The notes below the pieces were generated by a model. It was not told the origin of the DNA. It saw only the letters and a list, made by a program, of their open reading frames with translations, and made no database searches. The position numbers and the translations under genes are program-made. A stretch of DNA of 62,289 nt from Bacteroidia bacterium (GTDB lineage Bacteria > Bacteroidota > Bacteroidia > Bacteroidales > GCA-2748055): NCBI GenBank assembly GCA_030639005.1, contig DAOWDN010000165.1, positions 1 to 62,289 on the forward strand. Direction: 5' to 3'. Below are positions 28,757-38,329 of the stretch, one piece after another; position 1 is the stretch's first letter, and each line of letters opens with the position of its first letter.

Positions 28757-30334
28757 TCAACGAATTAGTTTAACATCGCTCTCTGGAAGCTTGATTCTGA
28801 CTCCGTTAATTCTCTGCTCCACATTTTGCTTATAGGTAACGGTCATCACCAGATTCCCCTCCTGATCATATTTCTTCCAGTTCTTCTCCCGGATACCCAT
28901 CTGGTAGTATTGTTCCTCCTTAATAGCTCCGTTGGGATAATAATACTTGTGCCTTTTATCCGGATTTCCCTGTGAGTAGAAACCTTCATATTTCAATGTT
29001 CCGTCGTTGAAATAGTATTTCCATATCCCTTCGCGCAGACCGATAACATAACTGCCCCTCTCCTCATGATCTCCTACCTGGTAGATCCACTCACCATCTT
29101 TTTCTCCATTAATATAATCGCCTTTTGTGAGAATATTCCCATGCTCGTCATACTCCACAAATATACCATCCTCCCGGCCATTAAAATAACCCTCCTCTCT
29201 CCACCTGTTTCCGTCCGGATAAAACCAGTTCCAGGTTCCCCGGTACCTTCCACGTTCAAACTTTCCTTTTTGTTCAACTCCTCCTGACCGGAAGTTGAAG
29301 GTCCAGGTTCCGGAGCGCTGGTTATTCAGGTAGGTTCCTGTTGCCCTTGTCTCACCTGTTGTATATAAATCTTTCCACGCTCCTGATTTTCTTCCCTGCT
29401 CATCTATGATACCTTCCGATATAAGCTGTCCTAATTCATTATATAAATAGGCATTTTCAACCACTCCCGCAGTATCGAAAAATCTGTGTATGCCCAATGG
29501 AATGCCCTCTTTGTACCCCCCTGTAAAAATAAGTCTTCCCTCCTGGTCATAGGTGCTTTTCATATCGAGCAGCTCCTTCATGTCTTCGTCAATCTCCTCC
29601 ATAATCTGTCCGCGCTCATAACGCATAGCCAACACCAGCTCTCCGTTCCCGTTAAATTCCCTGTAATATCCATGAAGCTGATCGTCAAGGTAGTGCTCCT
29701 CCTTTTTCATCTTTCCATTCTCAAAATACTCCCTGTGCGTACCCTGCTTTTTTCCCTCCACATCTCTCCTGTTCACACGTTCCCGGTCTACCACATAATT
29801 ATCCTTGTACTGCACTACAGTAACAATCGTGCTGTCTTCAGAAAACTCCCTGGACAATCCCTGTTTCCTTCCATCTTTGAAAAAAACGATCAATTTTAGT
29901 TCACCCGTGGGGTGGTAGTAAAATGAATTGCCCTCTTTTTTTCCTCTTATATACAACTCTTTCGAAATCAGTGTAGGCTGACCGGGATTTTCGGGGTTGT
30001 TGTAGCTGTAACTCTTGGAAAAACCACTCTTCTCTCCGATTTTGTAACTGATCTCCTGGGTCAGCTCCCCAGTTTGATTGTAGAAGTTCCATATGCTGTC
30101 AAGAAGAAAATTGGTTCTTATTCCCTCCGATTTAATCACTCCCGTCACAAAATAGGTTTTCCAGAACCCATCGGGTTTCTCATTCTTCATGACTCCTTCG
30201 CTGGATACCTGTCCGTTTGGATAAAAAAACTGCACAAAAATGCTGTCGGCTGAACTCTCCTGTCCGCTTAGCCGTACATTTACTGACATTACAATCAGGT
30301 TCAGCAATAAACAGAATCTTACCCTTGAGTACAT
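28757..30334 (-). CDS. Exported MORN-variant (YwqK-like) repeat protein
   Basis: Signal-like N-terminus; many ~23-aa repeats of the form G.W..YY..G.L..EG.Y. Confidence 0.82.
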   Translation of the reverse strand: MYSRVRFCLLLNLIVMSVNVRLSGQESSADSIFVQFFYPNGQVSSEGVMKNEKPDGFWKTYFVTGVIKSEGIRTNFLLDSIWNFYNQTGELTQEISYKIGEKSGFSKSYSYNNPENPGQPTLISKELYIRGKKEGNSFYYHPTGELKLIVFFKDGRKQGLSREFSEDSTIVTVVQYKDNYVVDRERVNRRDVEGKKQGTHREYFENGKMKKEEHYLDDQLHGYYREFNGNGELVLAMRYERGQIMEEIDEDMKELLDMKSTYDQEGRLIFTGGYKEGIPLGIHRFFDTAGVVENAYLYNELGQLISEGIIDEQGRKSGAWKDLYTTGETRATGTYLNNQRSGTWTFNFRSGGVEQKGKFERGRYRGTWNWFYPDGNRWREEGYFNGREDGIFVEYDEHGNILTKGDYINGEKDGEWIYQVGDHEERGSYVIGLREGIWKYYFNDGTLKYEGFYSQGNPDKRHKYYYPNGAIKEEQYYQMGIREKNWKKYDQEGNLVMTVTYKQNVEQRINGVRIKLPESDVKLIR

Positions 30335-30342
30335 GAAGAAAC

Positions 30343-31344
30343 TTATAAATGAAGGCGGTCCGATATTTCAAGCATTCTCGTTATCGATCCCCTGGCTTTG
30401 TTCATCAAATCCTGTTCCAAAGTTATCTCAGGAAGCTCATACTTCAAAGTATTATATATCTTTTTAAGAGATATCAGTTTCATATACTTGCAATCGTTGC
30501 ATGCACAGGTTGAATCCTTCGGGGGCGCAGGAATAAATATTTTATCCGGATTAGCCTTTCTCATCTGATGAAGAATGCCCGATTCTGTAGCCACAATATA
30601 CTTTTTTCCTTTGTCCTTGATGGTATAATTCAACAATGATGTTGTGGATCCTATGTGATCGGCAACTATCAAGATCGGTTTTTCACATTCAGGGTGCGCA
30701 ATGATTTGAGCATCAGGATTTTCTTTCTTAATTTCAAGAATCCTTTCCAGACTGAACTCTTCATGTACATGACAAGCACCATCCCATATTACCATTTCTC
30801 TTCCTGTCATACTCCTTATATAGTTTCCCAGGTTCCTGTCGGGGGCAAAAATGATCTTTTCCTTTTCCGGCAAACTCTTAACAATCTGTAAAGCATTAGT
30901 GGAGGTACAGACTATATCGGTCAAGGCCTTGATTTCAGCAGTGGTATTCACATATGAAATCACTGTATGGTCTGGATATCTCTTTTTAAATTCGGCGAAA
31001 TCATCCGGGGGACAGGAATCGGCCAGGGAACATCCTGCCTGCAGGTCGGGGATCAGCACCTTCTTTTCCGGTGCAAGTATCTTGGCAGTTTCTGCCATAA
31101 AATGAACCCCTGCGAAAAGAATAATATCTGCTTTGGTTGCTGCTGCCTGTTGCGACAGACCCAGGCTATCACCTACAAAATCTGCGATATCCTGTACCTC
31201 GCTCTCCTGGTAAAAATGTGCAAGGATTACAGCATTTTTCTGCTTCCTCATTTTCCTGATCTCTTCAACAATATCCATGGACTTATCCACATCTAGATCA
31301 ATGAATCCTTTTTTTTTGATTTCTGATTTATTCACAATATCCAT
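30343..31344 (-). CDS. nadA: Quinolinate synthase
   Basis: LAHFYQ, GVHFMAE, AGCSLA, YVNT, CHVHE, HPEC, CNDCKYM. Confidence 0.97.
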   Translation of the reverse strand: MDIVNKSEIKKKGFIDLDVDKSMDIVEEIRKMRKQKNAVILAHFYQESEVQDIADFVGDSLGLSQQAAATKADIILFAGVHFMAETAKILAPEKKVLIPDLQAGCSLADSCPPDDFAEFKKRYPDHTVISYVNTTAEIKALTDIVCTSTNALQIVKSLPEKEKIIFAPDRNLGNYIRSMTGREMVIWDGACHVHEEFSLERILEIKKENPDAQIIAHPECEKPILIVADHIGSTTSLLNYTIKDKGKKYIVATESGILHQMRKANPDKIFIPAPPKDSTCACNDCKYMKLISLKKIYNTLKYELPEITLEQDLMNKARGSITRMLEISDRLHL

Positions 31345-31717
31345 AAAATATATATATTATTATATTAAAGATATAAATCTATTAATGATGATGATAGGCG
31401 GTTGATTCTGTTTTAAAAAAAGTGAAAGTATCTTTGCATATTCCATTATTGAAATAATAAACACACTATATTAACAACCGGAACAAGTGTTAAGTTTTGA
31501 ATAGAGGTATGTTACATTCTCAATCAACAGTTGTTGAAACCGGGTGGATTTAATAAAAGGAATCCAGTAGCAAAGATAATGACTGTTGACAATCTGTTTA
31601 TCTTTCATGGTAAAATTAGCATGTTTCCAAAGGAGGAGGGCAACGGCCAGAGAGAGGGGTGATTATTAAAATCAATGAACAACAAATGAACTACAGAATT
31701 GTTAAAAAAGTAGAATA
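31345..31717. other. Putative replication origin (oriC)
   Basis: Largest intergenic gap in the window. AT-rich tract at 31345-31384, trio-like AAT GAT GAT GAT, several degenerate DnaA boxes, and a perfect TTATCCACA at 31283-31291. Apparent C-rich to G-rich switch; parS and mnmG nearby. Confidence 0.6.
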
Positions 31718-32161
31718 ATGAAAGAAATACTGGCAATTGCTTCGGACCATGCCGGCTACCACATGAAGTTGTCCATGAAAGAGTACCTGGAAAAGAAAGG
31801 GTACAGGGTTAAGGATTTTGGAACAGATTCAGAAGAGGTTGTGGATTATCCGGACTTCGGACACCCTCTTGCCGAGGCAGTTGAATCGGGGAGGTGTACG
31901 CTGGGAATCTCCCTATGTGGAAGCGGAAACGGGATAAATATGGTGACCAATAAGCGCCAGGGGATAAGGGGGGCACTATGTTGGAACAGAGAGATCAGCA
32001 TGCTTGCCAGGAGTCACAATGACGCAAACATATGTTCAATTCCCGCAAGATTTGTGGACATGGAGACGGTCAAAGAGATTATTGATGCTTTCCTGGAAAC
32101 AGATTTTGAAGGTGGTAGGCATGTGAAGAGAATCGAAAAAATACCGATAAAAACCATATAA
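31718..32161 (+). CDS. rpiB: Ribose 5-phosphate isomerase B
   Basis: ASDHAG, VDYPD, CGSGNG, ARSHNDAN, FEGGRH. Confidence 0.96.
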   Translation: MKEILAIASDHAGYHMKLSMKEYLEKKGYRVKDFGTDSEEVVDYPDFGHPLAEAVESGRCTLGISLCGSGNGINMVTNKRQGIRGALCWNREISMLARSHNDANICSIPARFVDMETVKEIIDAFLETDFEGGRHVKRIEKIPIKTI

Positions 32162-32593
32162 GTGTTATCCAATACAAGCAAATATGCCATCAGGGCATTG
32201 ATCTACCTGGAGCTCTACTCAACTCCTGAAAAAAAGGCGGGTATCAAGGAGATTTCAGGAGAACTTGATATTCCCTCTCCGTTTCTGGGCAAGATTCTGC
32301 AGGTGCTGGTAAAGCACAATTTTCTGAGTTCAAGCAAGGGACCACACGGAGGCTTTTATCTGAAGAGATCCGCCATAGATATTACCTTAATGGAGGTGAT
32401 TGATGTGATTGACGGAAAAGATTCATTTGAAACCTGTGTGATCAGGAACACCTCGTGTAGCAACGACAATCCATGTAGCATGCATCATAAAATGGCGCCG
32501 CTGTGGAATGAAATGAGAAGGGTGTTTGCTACAGAGACCATTGCCGACCTGGTGTCGGAATTCAGAGAAGACAGGGAGAGGGTCAGGATCTAA
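32162..32593 (+). CDS. Rrf2 family transcriptional regulator
   Basis: YAIRAL, FLGKILQ, KGPHGGFYL; three Cys (CVIRNTSC....C) suggest Fe-S binding. Confidence 0.92.
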   Translation: MLSNTSKYAIRALIYLELYSTPEKKAGIKEISGELDIPSPFLGKILQVLVKHNFLSSSKGPHGGFYLKRSAIDITLMEVIDVIDGKDSFETCVIRNTSCSNDNPCSMHHKMAPLWNEMRRVFATETIADLVSEFREDRERVRI

Positions 32594-32975
32594 GGAATCT
32601 GAAAATTTTCCACCCCCCGATTACCCTATGGGCTATATACCCACCAATCAGCCCTAAAAAATTTGCCATCAAATCGAACCATTCTGCCGAACGGGCAGCA
32701 ATCACGGTGGCCTGCAAGATTTCAATCAATGCACTCAGGGCAAAAATGGAAAACAGCAGGATCATATGAAAACCCAGACGGGGATGCTCATGACGGTCCT
32801 CAGCCAGAGCAACAAAACCAAGAGCTGCATACATGGAAAAATGAATGATTTTATCAAAATGAGGTATTGAAAACAGGAAAGAACCCGGCACGTTATCACC
32901 GGGAATAAGGCTTAACAAGGCAATGGCCATGACCAAAAAAAGGGAAAATTTATATTGGAACACGTAACTTAGCAT
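32583..32975 (-). CDS. VanZ-like membrane protein
   Basis: DKIIHFSMY, IEILQ, RSAEWFDLMANFLG; start at the ATG at 32975. Confidence 0.85.
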   Translation of the reverse strand: MLSYVFQYKFSLFLVMAIALLSLIPGDNVPGSFLFSIPHFDKIIHFSMYAALGFVALAEDRHEHPRLGFHMILLFSIFALSALIEILQATVIAARSAEWFDLMANFLGLIGGYIAHRVIGGWKIFRFLRS

Positions 32976-33021
32976 ATGAGCATGGCATTTGGGCCAGCAC
33001 AAATATGATAAATATTTTGAA

Positions 33022-36000
33022 ATGAAACTTGATGAACTTCTTACTTTCCTGAAAGGGGAGACCATTGATACATGGTTTGATCTGGGGCTTTTCCTGGACA
33101 AGCTTAAGGAAGAGCAACCCTATCCTCATATTAAACTAGACGGATCGTATGATGATTTTAAGGAAGAGTTAAGAACCGGGGGGATTGCATTTCTCACTTT
33201 TCATTATATGGTGGACGGGGTAACTGTGGAAGTGGATAAATATGCTTCCCTGATAAGGCGCAATATACCAGGGATTCCGGTGCACTACATCGCGGGAGAG
33301 ATTCACTCCAAAACCGCCCCGTTTATCCATATGGATTACAAACAAAAAGTAATCCCAGAGCTGACCGGGTTTAATGACTGGGAGCTCTACCGCGATTTCT
33401 ATTTCACCAAACTTGAAAGGGGAAGCGGTGTTTACAACGAACTGATCAGAAAACTATGGAGACAGACCCTGGTCATCATAGAAAAGCTGGGGAGCTACAT
33501 TGAAGATCAGGGGATCAACCTCCTCTATGTGATCAATGTTTGTTCCAATCCGGGGAACGTGGCGTTTGCCCTGGCCACCGTTTTGTTATCTGAATTCCTG
33601 AAAATCCCTGTGATCAACAACAATCATGATTTCTTCTGGGAGGAAGGGATGTGTAGTTCGGACAGGGAGAGAGAGGGGTCCAAACACGGACCCAGAGATT
33701 TCTTTTTTACCAACTGTCAGCTGGGGGAGTTCTTTTCGGTCATAGAGATGTTGTACCCGTGGCAATCGCGCAGCTGGATCAATGTGAACATAAACAGGGG
33801 GCAGTCCGAACACCTGGTCAGGCTTAACGGTCACAACCCTGCCAACGTGATGGAAATAGGAACAGCCGTAGACACCACACAATACTCAAAAAGCGATAAA
33901 CGTAAAAACATTAACACTTTTCTTCAGCTGGAAAAAATTCTCTCCAGGTATCAGCCAAAGCTGGTCAGCTATTCGGCGAAGGATGTCCTGACGGGCGGAC
34001 TGGTGAGAGAGAAAAACCCGAGGCCCATCCTGATTGGAGCGAGGACTGTTGCTGTGGACAGGTTTATCGGAGAGAACATCATCCTTCTGCAACCTACCCG
34101 GATCATCTCAAGGAAAAGGATTGAAACCTCTTTTAACCTGCTGTTAAAAATGTTCCAGGAAGAGGAGATGGTTATGAGGTTCAAAAAAACCTCACACTTG
34201 AAAATGACCCTGCTGATCACAGGGCCCATCGCTGCAAGCCACTATGGCTATTATAAAAAGCTGATAGAAAAATTCGAAGCCCTGTTGAATGAAGCAGCCC
34301 CTGAAATGAAAGACAGGATCTATCTGGCGCTCCTGTTTGGAGAGTTGGACCGGGATTCTTTCAAGGAACGATTTACCCATCCGGCGGGCATTGCCGAACT
34401 TTACAACATATCTTCACTGGTATTGCTGCCCAGCAAGACAGAGGGCCGCGGACTGCCGATCATTGAAGCTACTGCCTGCGGCACACCCATTTTCTGCAGA
34501 CGGTATGAGCCCGAAACGGTCTATTCGGAGGTGATCGGTGAACACTTGGGCGAGAGGGATCGGTTGAAAGTTCTGGAGTTTAAAGGAAAGCGCATTTCCG
34601 ACAACTTGGTTCTGCGAATCATCGATAGGATATTTTTCCCCCACCACTATACCGACGAAGTAAGGCACAACCGGAGGGTGGTGAACAAGCGGTACAGTCT
34701 CGATTCGCTCAATGACAATATCTTCCAGATCATGCACCGCTTGTTTGATCAGCTCAGGGGAGATGAGAAAAACCTGAGAAATGTCAAAGAGAGCCTGGAC
34801 GATTACCGGGAGATGATAAACGTCTCTAACGAACACCTGGAAGCATTGCTGGATACCAGACACAGGCAGTACCTGGCTGGTTTTTCAAAACTATCGTTTA
34901 TGTTCATGCTGAAATCGCTGATCGATCCAAGCTTTTTTCGGGTGGAACAACAACGCATCCGTGGCATGGCATTTCACTTCTCTGGTGCCATTATCAGCAA
35001 CGATCCGGATGCCGGGTATATCCCGGAGAAGATCATCCACCGGTTTTATAATGCGGTGGAAACACTTTTTGAGTACAGAGAGGGTGAATGCACGGTTCAG
35101 CATGACCACTCTATGTCGTACCGGCATCGTAATAAGCACCACTATCCATACCAGGATTATACTTTCCAGGAGCTGACCGGGCTGATCAACCTGCTCTACA
35201 TCGAGATCGTACAACCCACCCCCCTGAATAAGGTGGACCTGAGTCCACAGTTCTTTACCGACTGGAACCTGGCCTTGCTGCAGTTAACCGGCAGCTCCCA
35301 CCTGGCCATAGATGACCGGAAACGGCTGATTGAACAACTCAGGAAAAACCTGCCCATCGCCTATTTCCCCGGGGCCTATATCATGTATGAACTGGAATTT
35401 TTTGCACTTCAGTCGATTCGCTCAAGGATGCACCTGCCCCTGGAGGAGATGATTACGCGTGAAATGCTGGAAAAGGAGACTGTCCGGGTTAAGCCTGTCT
35501 ATATTTTTGCACAGGAGAAAAACCTGGGAAAACAATTAAACAAGGATGAGATCACCGATTATATCATTAACGGCGACTCGGAGGAGTTAAAGCTACTCTA
35601 TGAATTTAAACTGATCCAGATCATTCGTACCAAGCAGGTGTGTGTGGGCATTCATTTTCCGCAGCTTGGAAACCGCGCATTGAAGGTTCTGAGGATGATC
35701 AGGGAGCAAAACGGATGCATTCTGACCAACCGGAGCAACGCTTCCATGATGACTGATATGGTGGATATGGACCGGTTCCACATCGGGAAGGTCCCCAATG
35801 AATTTACGGCCCACATGATGGGCATCCCGGTGCACAGCGGATATATTCAGTTTGTACCGGCAGGAGCGAGGGCGACCCTAAGCTATCCCACGCCCATTCA
35901 GACGGCAAAGGATTTCGAGCGTGCCATGAAAAGCGATCTCTACAGAAAGGTGGTGAAAAGATTGGGAGAGAAGGAGGTGTTGTCGGCCATCAGGGAAGAT

Positions 36001-37179
36001 GCATCACACAGGGGAAGTCCGGTGAAACATGTGCTTGAGACGCTGGAAAAGAGAAAGGACACTCCGGGTCCGGTCTCCTATGAATATCTGAGCGGAACCT
36101 ATCGCGACGGAATGCCTTACAACGGGGTAATTGCGACCCTCAGCTACAATAAGGAAAAGTGGGATTTCGCAGCAGTGACCACCCCAGGGAAACCCAAAAC
36201 AGTACAACAGTTTGTGAGAGCCTTCAAAAGACAAACAGGGAACACGGCACAGATTGCCTGGAACGGCGGATATATTCTGAACCCGGAACTGGTCGGCAAG
36301 CTTGGCTTGCCCGAAACTTATATCGGTTCACCTCTGGGCTTACTGATCTCGGAAGGGAGAATGACCTCTGCACCGTTATTTAATAAACCAGCCTTGCTTG
36401 TGTTCAAAAATGGCTCCATCGATATCAGGAGGGTAAATTGCAGAAGCGGGCTGACCATGGTCTGGAGGAACCGCACCATTTCACTGGAGAGTAGCTCTTA
36501 CAATAAGGAGAGCATCACAGGAGAATCGGCCTATTATGACCTGCTTTATCACCGGGATGCAGTCGACAGCTTTGGCCGTACCGTGGTCAGGTTGTCGGGG
36601 AATGTAGTTAAGGAGATTGTGGAGACAAAGAAGGGAGATTGGGTAACAGTGGTACCGGTGGGTCTGACGCTGGTACTGGATCCACAGGAGATCCCGGAAG
36701 GAGCGAAGGCGGGCGACACTCTCGAACTGAATGTCCCCGGGTTTCATGAGGTTCTGCACGCTGTGGAGGCCGGACCTCTTTTGCTGGAGGGAGGAAAGAG
36801 TTCTATAGACATGGAGATGGAAGGGTGGAAGAGTTCAAATTCCATTCGCACCCAGGCCGCCAGGTTAGATTATACAGAAATGAGAGGCCCAAAAATTGCA
36901 GTGGGAATTAATGAAAAGGAGCAGTTGGCAGTGCTGACCATCAATGGAAGAATCAGAGAATCGGTGGGGGCCACCCATGAAGACATGGCCGAGATTTTGC
37001 TGCAACACGGCATGGAGAGGGCCATGGGATTTGATCCGGGGGGAAGCAGCACAATGGTGGTGGGTGATAAAATATTGAATATATCTCCCTACAATAGCGG
37101 GTATGAAAAAGATGTGTATGCCCTTCCCCCTGAACCAAGGGCGGTATCCAATGCCATTATCGGGTTTATCAACAAGTAA
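33022..37179 (+). CDS. Large fusion protein: GT4 glycosyltransferase, unknown middle region, phosphodiester glycosidase (NAGPA-like) domain
   Basis: GT4 motifs DGVTVEVDKY, NHDFFWE, QPTRIISRKRIE, PSKTEGRGLPIIEA. NAGPA-like motifs WNGGY, AGPLL, PKIAVGI, INGR..SVGAT, FDPGGSSTM, RAVSNAI. Continuous ORF, no signal peptide. Confidence 0.85.
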   Translation: MKLDELLTFLKGETIDTWFDLGLFLDKLKEEQPYPHIKLDGSYDDFKEELRTGGIAFLTFHYMVDGVTVEVDKYASLIRRNIPGIPVHYIAGEIHSKTAPFIHMDYKQKVIPELTGFNDWELYRDFYFTKLERGSGVYNELIRKLWRQTLVIIEKLGSYIEDQGINLLYVINVCSNPGNVAFALATVLLSEFLKIPVINNNHDFFWEEGMCSSDREREGSKHGPRDFFFTNCQLGEFFSVIEMLYPWQSRSWINVNINRGQSEHLVRLNGHNPANVMEIGTAVDTTQYSKSDKRKNINTFLQLEKILSRYQPKLVSYSAKDVLTGGLVREKNPRPILIGARTVAVDRFIGENIILLQPTRIISRKRIETSFNLLLKMFQEEEMVMRFKKTSHLKMTLLITGPIAASHYGYYKKLIEKFEALLNEAAPEMKDRIYLALLFGELDRDSFKERFTHPAGIAELYNISSLVLLPSKTEGRGLPIIEATACGTPIFCRRYEPETVYSEVIGEHLGERDRLKVLEFKGKRISDNLVLRIIDRIFFPHHYTDEVRHNRRVVNKRYSLDSLNDNIFQIMHRLFDQLRGDEKNLRNVKESLDDYREMINVSNEHLEALLDTRHRQYLAGFSKLSFMFMLKSLIDPSFFRVEQQRIRGMAFHFSGAIISNDPDAGYIPEKIIHRFYNAVETLFEYREGECTVQHDHSMSYRHRNKHHYPYQDYTFQELTGLINLLYIEIVQPTPLNKVDLSPQFFTDWNLALLQLTGSSHLAIDDRKRLIEQLRKNLPIAYFPGAYIMYELEFFALQSIRSRMHLPLEEMITREMLEKETVRVKPVYIFAQEKNLGKQLNKDEITDYIINGDSEELKLLYEFKLIQIIRTKQVCVGIHFPQLGNRALKVLRMIREQNGCILTNRSNASMMTDMVDMDRFHIGKVPNEFTAHMMGIPVHSGYIQFVPAGARATLSYPTPIQTAKDFERAMKSDLYRKVVKRLGEKEVLSAIREDASHRGSPVKHVLETLEKRKDTPGPVSYEYLSGTYRDGMPYNGVIATLSYNKEKWDFAAVTTPGKPKTVQQFVRAFKRQTGNTAQIAWNGGYILNPELVGKLGLPETYIGSPLGLLISEGRMTSAPLFNKPALLVFKNGSIDIRRVNCRSGLTMVWRNRTISLESSSYNKESITGESAYYDLLYHRDAVDSFGRTVVRLSGNVVKEIVETKKGDWVTVVPVGLTLVLDPQEIPEGAKAGDTLELNVPGFHEVLHAVEAGPLLLEGGKSSIDMEMEGWKSSNSIRTQAARLDYTEMRGPKIAVGINEKEQLAVLTINGRIRESVGATHEDMAEILLQHGMERAMGFDPGGSSTMVVGDKILNISPYNSGYEKDVYALPPEPRAVSNAIIGFINK

Positions 37180-37201
37180 AGGAGTGACCGGCTACTGACA
37201 C

Positions 37202-38329
37202 ATGCAGGGCATCTATATCCATATTCCATTTTGCAGGCAAGCCTGCAGGTATTGTGATTTTTTTTTCTCTGTGAGTCTTCGATACATGGATGAATATGTG
37301 GAGCGGCTGGTGGAAGAGATTACCCGCAGAAGCAGAGAAAATGGCGGAACGGAGCTGGACACCCTTTACCTGGGCGGGGGAACCCCCTCTCTGCTCACCG
37401 AGGCTCACCTGGAGAAGATTGTGTCGGCTGTTTCCCGCTTTCACTCATTTCGTGAGGGTCCTGAGTGGACCATAGAATGCAATCCCGATGACCTGGAGCC
37501 GGGGCGTCTTAAATATTTGAAAAGCACCGGATTTAACAGGCTGAGTATAGGCATCCAATCTTTTCAGGACAGAGACCTTGAAATCATGCGCAGATCACAC
37601 AATGCCAGGCAGGCAGAAGATTCTGTGCAACTGGCAGCCTCTTCAGGGTTCGGGAATATAAGCATCGACTTAATCTACGGAATTCCCGGACAGATCACCG
37701 GAGAGTGGGAAGAAAACATTGAAAAGGCCCTATCGCTGCCGGTTTCACACCTTTCTGCTTATCACCTGACTTTTGAACCGGGCACCGTATTTGATCACTG
37801 GCGAAAAAAGGGAAGTTTGATTTCTGTTCACGAGGAGGAGAGTGTGAAGCAATACAGGAAGCTGAGAGAAAAGCTGCTGCCGGCCGGATTTGAACATTAT
37901 GAACTATCCAATTTTGGACTGACTGGCCGGATGTCGGAGCACAACATGATCTATTGGTCCGGAAAATCATACCAGGGTTTCGGCCCATCGGCCTACTCCT
38001 ATGACGGAAAAAGAAGGAGCTGGAACCTATCCTCTTTGAAGGGGTACCTGGAAGGAGTTGCCGGGGGAGAGGAGATCAGCGAAACGGAACACCTCACCAC
38101 GGATGAACAGTACCACGATTACCTGATTACTTCGTTGCGGACCAGGTGGGGATGCGATCCCGTTCATATGGAACTGCAGTACGGAAAGAGGTACCTGGAA
38201 CATTTCGAAAACAGGGCCAGACCCTTCCTTGAGAGTGGTTCTCTCTATCACACGGATGACAGGATCGCCATTCACCCAGACAGGTGGCTGATCACCGATC
38301 ACATCCTCAGGGAGTTGTTTGTGGATTAA
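37202..38329 (+). CDS. hemW: Radical SAM heme chaperone HemW
   Basis: IYIHIPFCRQACRYCDF, GGGTPS, YELSNF, HNMIYW. Confidence 0.92.
   Translation: MQGIYIHIPFCRQACRYCDFFFSVSLRYMDEYVERLVEEITRRSRENGGTELDTLYLGGGTPSLLTEAHLEKIVSAVSRFHSFREGPEWTIECNPDDLEPGRLKYLKSTGFNRLSIGIQSFQDRDLEIMRRSHNARQAEDSVQLAASSGFGNISIDLIYGIPGQITGEWEENIEKALSLPVSHLSAYHLTFEPGTVFDHWRKKGSLISVHEEESVKQYRKLREKLLPAGFEHYELSNFGLTGRMSEHNMIYWSGKSYQGFGPSAYSYDGKRRSWNLSSLKGYLEGVAGGEEISETEHLTTDEQYHDYLITSLRTRWGCDPVHMELQYGKRYLEHFENRARPFLESGSLYHTDDRIAIHPDRWLITDHILRELFVD

Noticed and set aside
28757-30334. Toxin-antitoxin system suggested by YwqK-like repeats
   Set aside because: There is no toxin gene adjacent, and the repeat type is generic.
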